Shown here one piece after another: positions 37,866 to 46,359 of a DNA stretch of 64,000 nt. Positions within the stretch are counted from its first letter, which is position 1. Each line of letters starts with the position of its first letter. The position numbers were made by a program, and so were the translations under genes. The DNA is taken from NCBI GenBank assembly GCA_041661275.1, contig JBAZUU010000001.1, positions 165,057-229,056 of the forward strand, written 5' to 3'. The DNA is from Parcubacteria group bacterium (GTDB taxonomy: Bacteria; Patescibacteriota; Minisyncoccia; Moranbacterales; UBA2206). The notes beneath the pieces are model-generated. The model worked only from the letters and a program-made list of their open reading frames with translations. It searched no databases and had not been told where the DNA came from.

Positions 37866-38521
37866 TTTATCGAATGTATTAAATAGGCATCAATAATGAA
37901 GGAGGATATTAGTATAATAGCATAAGAATAGGCAATTGACCTGGTGCGCCAGGCGACAAAACCCAAAACTGTCGATAGCGCTGTGGCATAGGCGGCTTGT
38001 CCGAAACTGTTTTTATAATAAATCAGAAAAAAAAGATAGAGCAAAGATTGAATGAATATTGCCCACCAGGAAAACCTGACGGAAAAAGTGAAAAGGACGA
38101 ATCCGCGCAGAAAAAATTCAAGACAAAAAATGGAAATGTTGGCGAAAACCAGCTCATATAGGAGAAAATACCAGAAATTATCCACCACGTAGCCCGGCAG
38201 GGCGTAGGAGTTGGCAAGCGTGGTGCGGGTTATGACGAAATATGTTCCAATCGTGACGATGGCCATAGCCAAAGTTCCCCAAAACAAGCCACTTTTCACA
38301 TTTTTTACATTAAGTCCATAATCAGACAGACTTTTTTTGAGAATGAACTTTATATATGCGGCAGGGATAAGGACAAGGAAAAAAATCTGTCCGGTGAATT
38401 TTTGGCCATCGTTTCCGGCCGGGAAAACGATGAAAAGGATGGAGCAGGCGATGATCAGAAAAACACTGGTCAAAAAATGACTGTCGGAGAAAAAAATATT
38501 ATATTTTTTATTTTGAAACAT
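37862..38521 (-). CDS. polytopic membrane protein, possibly a degenerate CPBP/Abi-family protein
   Basis: LEFFLRG resembles CPBP motif 1 (EExxxR). The other motifs are not evident. Confidence 0.35.
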   Translation of the reverse strand: MFQNKKYNIFFSDSHFLTSVFLIIACSILFIVFPAGNDGQKFTGQIFFLVLIPAAYIKFILKKSLSDYGLNVKNVKSGLFWGTLAMAIVTIGTYFVITRTTLANSYALPGYVVDNFWYFLLYELVFANISIFCLEFFLRGFVLFTFSVRFSWWAIFIQSLLYLFFLIYYKNSFGQAAYATALSTVLGFVAWRTRSIAYSYAIILISSFIIDAYLIHSIK

Positions 38522-38600
38522 AGCGTATTTTGTATACTAGCTCTTAGACGTCCAACCTCTAAAGAATTAAGGCCTGTTAGAGGTTGGACGTCTAAATATT

Positions 38601-39056
38601 CTAAGCTGTTTTTTGCGCCCGGCTTCTTTCTGATTGGGTCAGTATGTATATTGTCATTACCATCATCGTTTCTATCGGAAGAATATTTACTCCAAAAATC
38701 ATTTCCGCGGTTGTGCCGATCAGTAATATTATCCAGCAAATCATTCTCGTTTTTCCTCCGAGCATCATCATCATAGCGATAAAAATCGAAATACAAATGG
38801 TAATTACTATTATGATAATATAAGTTATTATGGCGAACTCAATTAAGTCTATTAAGTCTTTGAAAATGGCGGCCATTAGAGCCAGAAGATACATCCAATC
38901 AGAAGTAAGGCTGAATCTTTTGGCCATCTTCATCATTCCCCAAGGGGTTTTTGATTGAATTATATTTTTTATATCCTTGGCGGTATTGGGAGTGCTTCGT
39001 TTTCGATCTCTGTTTCTCGCGGCTTGCAGATTTTGTTGTTTCTCGTAATCAAGCAT
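38601..39056 (-). CDS. hypothetical membrane protein in the T4SS-like operon
   Basis: 3-4 TM helices. Start taken as the ATG at 39054-39056, because the ORF-track GTG start lies inside the intercistronic repeat. Confidence 0.4.
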   Translation of the reverse strand: MLDYEKQQNLQAARNRDRKRSTPNTAKDIKNIIQSKTPWGMMKMAKRFSLTSDWMYLLALMAAIFKDLIDLIEFAIITYIIIIVITICISIFIAMMMMLGGKTRMICWIILLIGTTAEMIFGVNILPIETMMVMTIYILTQSERSRAQKTA

Positions 39057-39060
39057 AATT

Positions 39061-39179
39061 GTCTGAACCACTGATTTTCACATGAATTCACATGATTTCA
39101 CTGATTTTTATTATTAAAATTGTTGTTATTTTTTATTCATGTGTAATCAGGATAATCAGTGCGAATCAGTGGTTCAGAC
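39061..39179. repeat. intercistronic palindromic element (family 3, copy a) overlapping the virB4 TGA stop
   Basis: Arms gtctgaaccactgatt (39061-39076) and aatcagtggttcagac (39164-39179). The interior carries CACNTGATT / AATCANGTG motifs around an AT-rich centre. Confidence 0.7.
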
Positions 39180-40982
39180 TTCTTCCGCTAATTCTTTTTT
39201 GGCTGCTTCAATTTCCAGAAGTTGCGCCGGATCAGTGGTGATTATCTGATCTTCGGAATATGAAGCGATGACTTTGATAGCGACATGTTTGGTGCCGGCA
39301 AAAAATATTCCCTCTCCAACGTTACTTTCGAGAAGCAAAAATTTTTCCTGATCAGTAAGATAGAATGTTTCCGTGATGACATCAATGCCGGCCGGTGATT
39401 GTTTCAAGAGAAGCTGGAGTGATGAGTTGGTGACGATCGCTTTTCCGTAGCGTGATGATAAAAAGTCGTTGACATCCTGGGTGATGGTGGTGAGGCCGGT
39501 GTAATATTTGCGGCAGCGCTTGGCGATGCCGAAAAGAAAAGATGCCGCGTCTTCATATTTCATCATTACCCAGGCTTCATCGACCAAAACCAATCTTTTA
39601 GTAAAATTAGTGCGCATTTCGTTCCAGACGAACTGCAAAACGATATACATAGCCACCGGTCGCATCTCCTCTTCCATATCGCGCAGGTTAAAAACCATCA
39701 GCTGATTATCCACCTTGATGTTGGTGGTGTTATTGAGAAATCCGGCAAAAATTCCTTCGGTGTATTTTTCCAGGCGTATGGCCAAATTTTCTCCGCCATC
39801 CATCGACCGCAAAACTTCCCAAAGATCGGTCATAGTGGGAAATTGATCAGGGGTAAGCAAATTGAAATTGGCTTGCGGCGTGATGTCACGGACGGAATAT
39901 GTTTCACGGATAGCCCGGTCAAGGATAGAATCCTCTTCCGGGGTGATGGATCCAAGCATAATGTGGAGAAGTCCGAGAAGATGAGCGATGTTGTTTCGCA
40001 AAATATCTTCCGGATCATCATCTTCTTTCAGGCGCGGCAGATCAAACGGGTTAATGTGATTTTGGGAACTCAAAGAAATCTTGATGAATGTCCCGCCGAC
40101 CGAATCACACAAGTGCTTATATTCATTTTCCGGGTCAATAATGATGACGTTCACCCCCAGCATCAGAGAGCGCAGAGTTTCCAGTTTGATAGTATAACTT
40201 TTTCCGGCGCCGGATTTGGCAAAAACCACCATATTGGCATTTTCCAGTTGAAACCGGTCGAAGATGATGAGACTGTTGTTGTGGCGGTTGATGCCATAAA
40301 GAATCCCGCGGTTGTCAGAAAGAGTTGAGGAAACGAAAGGAAAGGTAGTGGAAAGCGGAGCGCTGTTCATCGATGTGCCGATATCCAGTTCGTCATTGGC
40401 GATAGGGAGAGAGGAAACAAATCCTTGCTCTGTCTTGAAAACAGCCGGTTTTACATATACCAATTGAGCTTCCAAAATTGCCTCGATGGATTTGGCCAGT
40501 TCCGTCACTTCTTTTTCTGTTTCCCCGTAAGCAGTGATATAGAGGCCGAAGCGGAAAAATTTTTCCGTCCCTTGTTGCAATTTATCCCGCAGCTCGTCAA
40601 TATCTTTGACGGCTGTATCCAGCGCCGGATCGCGAATCATTCCTTTTTCCTGCTCGATATGCACTTCCGATTCCACTTGCGTGGCTGTTTTTTTGAGAGT
40701 TTTCAGGATGTCATAAGTATCGATGGGATGGATAAACATGGAAATATCGATGGGCATATCGATATTGATTATCGGGGAGAACCAGGCGCTTTGCAAGTAT
40801 CTCGGATAAGCGATAACGCCGATGGTGGAAACGAAAAGCTCTCCCACGCGGATATAGCGAGGCATCACTTTTATGGCCGAAGGAGCGATGAGATCAGAAA
40901 GTCTGGCCACGCCTTCCTGGTAGTATTTCTCACTGGCGATTATCTCGTCTTCTATCTCGTTTTTTTTGGAAAATAATGACAT
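39174..40982 (-). CDS. VirB4/TrbE-family T4SS ATPase, C-terminal ATPase portion
   Basis: Walker A FAKSGAGKSY, DEAW Walker B and the TQ...NDF region. The preceding region matches the VirB4 middle domain. Confidence 0.9.
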   Translation of the reverse strand: MSLFSKKNEIEDEIIASEKYYQEGVARLSDLIAPSAIKVMPRYIRVGELFVSTIGVIAYPRYLQSAWFSPIINIDMPIDISMFIHPIDTYDILKTLKKTATQVESEVHIEQEKGMIRDPALDTAVKDIDELRDKLQQGTEKFFRFGLYITAYGETEKEVTELAKSIEAILEAQLVYVKPAVFKTEQGFVSSLPIANDELDIGTSMNSAPLSTTFPFVSSTLSDNRGILYGINRHNNSLIIFDRFQLENANMVVFAKSGAGKSYTIKLETLRSLMLGVNVIIIDPENEYKHLCDSVGGTFIKISLSSQNHINPFDLPRLKEDDDPEDILRNNIAHLLGLLHIMLGSITPEEDSILDRAIRETYSVRDITPQANFNLLTPDQFPTMTDLWEVLRSMDGGENLAIRLEKYTEGIFAGFLNNTTNIKVDNQLMVFNLRDMEEEMRPVAMYIVLQFVWNEMRTNFTKRLVLVDEAWVMMKYEDAASFLFGIAKRCRKYYTGLTTITQDVNDFLSSRYGKAIVTNSSLQLLLKQSPAGIDVITETFYLTDQEKFLLLESNVGEGIFFAGTKHVAIKVIASYSEDQIITTDPAQLLEIEAAKKELAEEV

Positions 40983-41013
40983 AATTTTTTTGAATAGTAT
41001 TCCTTAAGTAACC

Positions 41014-41151
41014 CCGTCATTCTGAGCGGAATGACCCCGCCTTGGCGGGGGAATGAAGTCGAAGAATCTGCTAAATATTAGCACCAGTGATAATATATAG
41101 TAGATCCTTCGACTACGTCCAATAAGAATTGGACTTCGCTCAGGATGACGG
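41014..41151. repeat. MITE-like palindromic element, family 1 copy C, between the two virB4 parts
   Basis: ccgtcattctgagcg ... cgctcaggatgacgg. Inner gaagtcgaagaatct ... agatccttcgact. Carries an internal ccccgcc-tt-ggcgggg hairpin. Confidence 0.75.
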
Positions 41152-41159
41152 TTGTTTTT

Positions 41160-41846
41160 TTAGCGTATTTCCATCAAACTCGAATCCTTCAATTCTATCG
41201 AATTATATATTTCCGGATTATATGAATTAAACATCAACTCAATGAGTTCCTGCGTTTTCAAGGGAGCGATGCGCAGGCCGATTCCGGCCAGGGCGGCGAT
41301 AATGTGATCCACTCTTTGGAACAGCTGACTTTTGTATGTCTCAAAATTTTCCCGCTTTTCCAGAATGTTCTTTTTCGGATTGAACATATTGAAGAGATTG
41401 GAGAAAAAACCCTTACTTTCATTCTCAATGGGAGAAAACGGAACGATGATATAGAAATTCTTGTCCATAATGTTGGTGGAAGCGATGAGTTGCCCGATGA
41501 AGTTTTTATATTCCGAGATCTGCATCCGCAAAAGTTCATTGGGCTGTTTCTTCTCGTTTTCCGTGAGGAAATTGAGATAATTTTCCATATTGAGTTTTCG
41601 GGAACTAACCAGGATTTGCAATGGAAAATCGACGGAATTGAGAAAATTCTGATATTGATTAATGATCGCTTCCTGCTCGTCGGTGGATTTCAGTTCGAAA
41701 TTGATGGAAGATACGGCCAGGACACTGCGCAACGCGCCGCTTTTGAGCATAATGACATCTTCTTTCACTTCCGCCACGTCTAAAAATTGCTGGGTAGCGG
41801 CATTGGTTGGTTTTTTGGATATTTTGTTGGAATGTAGGATTTCCAT
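41160..41846 (-). CDS. VirB4 N-terminal domain protein (split VirB4)
   Basis: FLDVAEVKEDVIMLKSGALRSVLAVSSINFELKSTDEQEAIINQYQNFLNSV matches the CagE/TrbE/VirB N-terminal domain pattern. 229 + 602 aa approximates a full-length VirB4. Confidence 0.55.
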   Translation of the reverse strand: MEILHSNKISKKPTNAATQQFLDVAEVKEDVIMLKSGALRSVLAVSSINFELKSTDEQEAIINQYQNFLNSVDFPLQILVSSRKLNMENYLNFLTENEKKQPNELLRMQISEYKNFIGQLIASTNIMDKNFYIIVPFSPIENESKGFFSNLFNMFNPKKNILEKRENFETYKSQLFQRVDHIIAALAGIGLRIAPLKTQELIELMFNSYNPEIYNSIELKDSSLMEIR

Positions 41847-41852
41847 AAAAAG

Positions 41853-41948
41853 TCTCGAACCACTGATTAGCACATGATTATCCTGATTACACTTGATTTT
41901 TAAAATTCAGTGAAATCAAGTGTAATCAGTGATAATCAGTGGTTCTGA
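41853..41948. repeat. intercistronic palindromic element (family 3, copy b)
   Basis: Arms tctcgaaccactgatt and aatcagtggttctga. The upstream gene's TGA stop (41936-41938) lies within the arm. Confidence 0.7.
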
Positions 41949-42331
41949 TTTAGTATTTTACTCAACTCTTCTATCTTATCTCCGCTTATCTTCTTCCTCT
42001 CATGTATTATAGCATTTTTGTCTTTTCCTTTTTTCGGAATCACTATTTTTTCCGGCAAGCGATGCCAGACATACATTCGCGGGCGGAAGATATAGAAGAC
42101 GGAAGACGAAAGAAAAGCAATGAGCGGTTGGCCATACGGGCGGTAAAATGCCATGGCGCTGAAAACCGCGGCGATTATGATGGCGGCGATGATGAAGCCT
42201 TGAGTATCGAGAAAATTCCAAAAAACCAGCGCCACAACGCCACCCAATCCCAACCAGCCCAGCTGTTTGGCGGTGAGTGGTCCTACTATTTTATCTTCAA
42301 TGTCTAAAAATTGTGGAACGTTAAAAAGCAT
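41936..42331 (-). CDS. VirB3/PrgI-like small membrane protein
   Basis: 132 aa with two TM helices (LGWLGLGGVVALVFWNF; FIIAAIIIAAVFSAMAF), positioned directly upstream of virB4 as virB3 usually is. Confidence 0.45.
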   Translation of the reverse strand: MLFNVPQFLDIEDKIVGPLTAKQLGWLGLGGVVALVFWNFLDTQGFIIAAIIIAAVFSAMAFYRPYGQPLIAFLSSSVFYIFRPRMYVWHRLPEKIVIPKKGKDKNAIIHERKKISGDKIEELSKILNQNH

Positions 42332-42335
42332 AGCT

Positions 42336-42496
42336 GTCCGAACCACTGATTATCACTGATTTTCCTGATGACACGTGATTAGTGTCAGTGGCATTATTTG
42401 ATTAATATTTTTTATATATTACTTTACTTCTAAACTTTTTGCTCCGAAACAAATCAGTGAAATCATTTTAATCACGTGAGAATCAGTGGTTCAGAC
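42336..42496. repeat. intercistronic palindromic element (family 3, copy c)
   Basis: Arms gtccgaaccactgatt (42336-42351) and aatcagtggttcagac (42481-42496). Interior has cacgtgatt, cactgatt and aatcagtg motifs. The upstream TGA stop at 42491-42493 is in the arm. Confidence 0.7.
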
Positions 42497-43792
42497 ATCC
42501 TTGAGATTTACCACATTCCTCGGCAACTCTTCTTTTCCATCATCATATGGCGTGGCCGGAGCGATGTGCAACGGCTGCGGCTCGATCGGCGCTTGTGGTC
42601 TTTCGGGGACAAACGGTTTCGGCGGCGCTGGTTGCATTTGCGGTCTGACAGGAGCCGGCGGAGTCACGGGAGCTGGTGGAGAAAATTTTTGTTCTTTTTC
42701 TTTCTCAAACGGCAACTTTTGCGGGGAGGAAAAAACTAACTGACTGGTTTTGGATTGCTCAACTGGTTTGAACTCCGGAGAACCGAATCTCACTTCTCTT
42801 ATATTTTGGGAAGCATCTTGCCTGTGTTCAATATCTGATTCTTCCGGCTTTTGGGGAATATGATAGTGTTCGTAATTTTTTTCCAGATTATTTTGCGGCG
42901 CTTGTTTCTCAGGAGAAAACTGTGGCCGTATCGGCGCTCCAGCGGATTGGATATTATCGAAATTATAAACAGGCCTGCTTACCTGCCTGCCGGCAGGCAT
43001 GGCTTCTTGCTTCATACTTTCTTGTTTAGCCATTGCCGGAAAAACTATCTGTTTTTTTGTTGTGTCGATTGTTACCGGCGTTTTCTCATCGTATGATTTC
43101 AGGATATATGACAACTTATTCCTGTCTTCCGCGGACAATCTTTTGGCGTTTTCGTTCTGAAACATATAGTTCCCGCGAGTGATGGTGTCATGGGATTCAT
43201 AACCGACGCTATACGTATAATCCGAAACCCAGTTTTTGATTGTCGGACGAACCGGTTCTTGCCCTCCTCGTATTTTTATCGATTCGGACGTGACAAATTG
43301 ATCGGCAACAGTCGGGTATTTCGCCAGGGCGTCGGGCAGGGAAATTTTCGTCAGTTGCGCCTGGTAGGCTTTTTCCAGGCTGTCATCGTTGATAATTTTT
43401 TGGATAACTATTTGAGAAATTTCCTTGGCGGTGTTGAGATCTACGCCCATTTCTTTGTACAGGATTGACGGAAAATCTTCCAAATGAATCTCGCCGAAAT
43501 AATAACTGCGGATAGCGCGAGAAATGTCGGCTAGTTGCAGGAGTTGTAAATTGTATGTTTTTCCGATTTCTTGGATTTTATTGCTAGTTTCTTGAGAAAC
43601 AAGCTTATCTTTGATATTTTCAGGCAATGTTAAAAATTTTTCTTGTCTTTTTTCTACATCCCCATCGCGTTCATCTACTAGATTTTTTGTTACTGAAACT
43701 GCTTGGGGTACAGTAAATTGGCGAAGTTTTATTTTTTCTAAAACATCTGGCTTCACATATTTCAATACTTGAGGAGAATAATCTTGTAGCAT
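42491..43792 (-). CDS. hypothetical protein with a Pro-rich C-terminus (433 aa)
   Basis: No TM segment or signal peptide. The C-terminal PPAPVTPPAPVRPQ region is low-complexity. Confidence 0.4.
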   Translation of the reverse strand: MLQDYSPQVLKYVKPDVLEKIKLRQFTVPQAVSVTKNLVDERDGDVEKRQEKFLTLPENIKDKLVSQETSNKIQEIGKTYNLQLLQLADISRAIRSYYFGEIHLEDFPSILYKEMGVDLNTAKEISQIVIQKIINDDSLEKAYQAQLTKISLPDALAKYPTVADQFVTSESIKIRGGQEPVRPTIKNWVSDYTYSVGYESHDTITRGNYMFQNENAKRLSAEDRNKLSYILKSYDEKTPVTIDTTKKQIVFPAMAKQESMKQEAMPAGRQVSRPVYNFDNIQSAGAPIRPQFSPEKQAPQNNLEKNYEHYHIPQKPEESDIEHRQDASQNIREVRFGSPEFKPVEQSKTSQLVFSSPQKLPFEKEKEQKFSPPAPVTPPAPVRPQMQPAPPKPFVPERPQAPIEPQPLHIAPATPYDDGKEELPRNVVNLKDV

Positions 43793-43834
43793 ATTTTTTA
43801 ACTGATAATTTTTTAAACTAGTATAATGGAAGTA

Positions 43835-45847
43835 CTAAATAGGAACCCCAAGATTTCTTAATGCCTTAACATTAGCAGAGCTTAACCGCTTACTTAGTTC
43901 ACCTTGAGCTTGCGGTTTTAGGCTAATATACGAATCCAATAATGCAGCTGATAGCTTTGCCCTGTTTGGCCCTGTTAGTTTTTTATCAACAACTGCCCAG
44001 TTTTGATCTCCCCATTTTTCAGCTGTCATTTTACCCATTTCATCTTCGATTACTTGATATTTAATCATGTCGGGTGTCCATAATGGATTTGCTGTTTTAA
44101 TATCTTGATATTCTTTAGAATTAATATCCTCTGCTTTACTGATAGCAACAACATCAGTTCTGTTTTGTTTGACCTTGGCATCAAGTGCGCTCTTGATACG
44201 TGTTGACCCCTTTGTATTTCTAAGAAATTCGTTATAAACATCACTATCCATTTCTTTCAAATCGGCTAAGGCATAGGCGGCTGCGGCATCACCCTTTTTC
44301 GCAAGATCCTGAAGCTCAGGTAATGACTTCTCTTTTTTATATTCATCCGCTTGTTTTTTCATATCTCTTTCTTCAGCGCTTTTGGAGCCTAATGCAGTAG
44401 CCATTCTTGCTTCTCTGCTCTCTCTACTAGATTTAAACTTATTTTTAATTTCGCCATACCGCTGTTGTACTCCTCCAGGAATTCCAGTTGCCTTAAATCC
44501 CATCCAGGGTGCTTTATATGTTCCCCTGCCGACCCACTTCATAAATTTTTCTCCTCTTCCCACAATCGCCCCAGCGCCAGCGATACTCATTTTTTGTGCC
44601 GAGCCGATGCCGACCCATAAAATGACGATCGGGATAGAGAAAAAAGCGAAGGCGGCAATAGTCTTAGCAATCTCCGGTTGCGTTTGCGCTGTGGCTATTA
44701 TGCTCATCTGTCCTTTCTTCTTAGCAATTTCCCCCATCATCTTCGTAGCAACAACCATCATGAAAATCATAACCGGGCCAAAGAATGCGTATTTGAAAAG
44801 GGTGTCCCACCACTCACTGGCGTATTTAGAAAGGAAAGGAACGATTGATCCGACAAAAGCAATAGAAGCAAAAATTATAAGAATTGCCAAAACTACTATT
44901 CTAATAAGAAGCAAAATGGCGATAATAATCAGGGTTACCATAAACATGAAGGTAAAAACAATAGCAGCTATAAGAAAGCTCATATCCGAATTTACACTCA
45001 CAGACCCACCAACCTTAGGGTTAACAATATCGGCTAATCCCCCATTATTTGCAAAATCTATAAAAATTTTTCCGTCTTTAATATTGGATCCCAAGCCATT
45101 TATCAGGTAATACATTATAACATTGGAAAAGTCTATAATAACTCGGGCAATGGGAAAACTAAAATTGACCAAAAGAGCCATTATGATAAGAGTCACTAGC
45201 AGACTTTTGTAGCTATATTTTGAAATTTGAAAAACGGTGCAGAAGGCGGAGAAAAGAAGAACGAGAATGAAGGCTACGTTTAACATATCTCGGACAAAGC
45301 CCCATAATTCATATATAACAGAGTTATCCAAAACTGCTTTCATATTGGCCGTATCAATAACCCATACAAAAAGAGTGCTAGCGGCTACTATAAGAGCACC
45401 AATAAATTTCAGAACGTAAAGCAATAAGCATTTTATCCCCTTAAGCGAAAGGACAGCATCGAGCAAACCTATTCCACAAACATCTTCAGTTTTTTGACCC
45501 ACTCCTATTGTGCCTTCAGAATTTTTATCAAGTGTTGCTTGTGTTCCTGATTTCAATTCGTCTGCCTTTGCTTTATCCTCCGTGTATCCTACGAAAATTG
45601 AATCACCGCCTCCGCTAGCGCTAGAAGTTGTGAGTGTTTTTTTACACGCACTCTCGCTGTCTGACGTAAAATAATCTACTTCTGCAGAAAGCCCTCCCGT
45701 GTTATTTGTCTGATGGACGCAATATCCTGCTCTTGCTTTTTCCACTTTCCCCAATCCAAAACCAGCCACAATAAATACTGCGAGAAACATATAAAATACG
45801 ATTTTATTTTTCGTGTTTGTTTTCATTGTCTGGATTACCGAAAACAA
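43835..45847 (-). CDS. VirB6/TrbL-like polytopic membrane protein with a C-terminal hydrophilic domain
   Basis: Signal peptide, a 130-aa exodomain, at least 7 TM helices, and a 270-aa charged C-terminal domain. Confidence 0.55.
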   Translation of the reverse strand: MFSVIQTMKTNTKNKIVFYMFLAVFIVAGFGLGKVEKARAGYCVHQTNNTGGLSAEVDYFTSDSESACKKTLTTSSASGGGDSIFVGYTEDKAKADELKSGTQATLDKNSEGTIGVGQKTEDVCGIGLLDAVLSLKGIKCLLLYVLKFIGALIVAASTLFVWVIDTANMKAVLDNSVIYELWGFVRDMLNVAFILVLLFSAFCTVFQISKYSYKSLLVTLIIMALLVNFSFPIARVIIDFSNVIMYYLINGLGSNIKDGKIFIDFANNGGLADIVNPKVGGSVSVNSDMSFLIAAIVFTFMFMVTLIIIAILLLIRIVVLAILIIFASIAFVGSIVPFLSKYASEWWDTLFKYAFFGPVMIFMMVVATKMMGEIAKKKGQMSIIATAQTQPEIAKTIAAFAFFSIPIVILWVGIGSAQKMSIAGAGAIVGRGEKFMKWVGRGTYKAPWMGFKATGIPGGVQQRYGEIKNKFKSSRESREARMATALGSKSAEERDMKKQADEYKKEKSLPELQDLAKKGDAAAAYALADLKEMDSDVYNEFLRNTKGSTRIKSALDAKVKQNRTDVVAISKAEDINSKEYQDIKTANPLWTPDMIKYQVIEDEMGKMTAEKWGDQNWAVVDKKLTGPNRAKLSAALLDSYISLKPQAQGELSKRLSSANVKALRNLGVPI

Positions 45848-45941
45848 TTTTTAATTTGAAATTTTTAATTTTTAATCAATTTGTAATTTGGAAATTTTTA
45901 AATTTAAAATTCAATAAAAATTTCGAATTAAAAACTAAAAA
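45848..45941. repeat. AT-rich AATTTTTAATT-type repeat tract
   Basis: tttttaatttgaaatttttaatttttaat... Same motif family as 2790-2927. Confidence 0.45.
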
Positions 45942-46313
45942 TTATTTATTCTTATCTTTATTTTCCATTGTATTGATAATTTTGGAAAAAATCATTGCCA
46001 ATTCCTGCGATTCTCTCCATAATTCTCTACATTTCACTTTATGTTCCGGAGCTGCTTTGGCTAAAACTTGCAGCCAATACATACTTTCCTTAGTCTCTTT
46101 CTTGCATATATGAATTTTATTTTTAAAATCTTTTCTTGAACTGGCTCCATTTGCCTCACAGTAGTTGGCGCCGATACTAGTAATGGATCTTATTAATTGA
46201 CCGATAATAGGAATGGTAATTATATCTTTTTTAATATTCCTCAAAAACTCTATTGTATTTTCGCTAAGCTTTGTTGTTCTTTCTTCTAGATTATACTTTT
46301 CAGATTTACTCAT
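45942..46313 (-). CDS. four-helix-bundle protein of the 23S rRNA IVS / Avd-like family
   Basis: 123 aa. IGQLIRSITSIGANYCEANGASSRKDFKNKIHICKKETKESMYWLQVL resembles PF05635/TIGR02436. Confidence 0.65.
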   Translation of the reverse strand: MSKSEKYNLEERTTKLSENTIEFLRNIKKDIITIPIIGQLIRSITSIGANYCEANGASSRKDFKNKIHICKKETKESMYWLQVLAKAAPEHKVKCRELWRESQELAMIFSKIINTMENKDKNK

Positions 46314-46359
46314 TTAAAATTCTGTCATTTAAAATTTATTAAAAATTTCAAATTAAAAA
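46314..46359. repeat. AT-rich AATTAAAAATT-type repeat tract
   Basis: aaatttattaaaaatttcaaattaaaaattaaaaatt. Confidence 0.45.

Noticed and set aside
45942-46313. Diversity-generating retroelement suggested by the Avd-like four-helix-bundle gene.
   Set aside because: No reverse transcriptase gene and no template/variable near-duplicate repeat pair are visible in the window.
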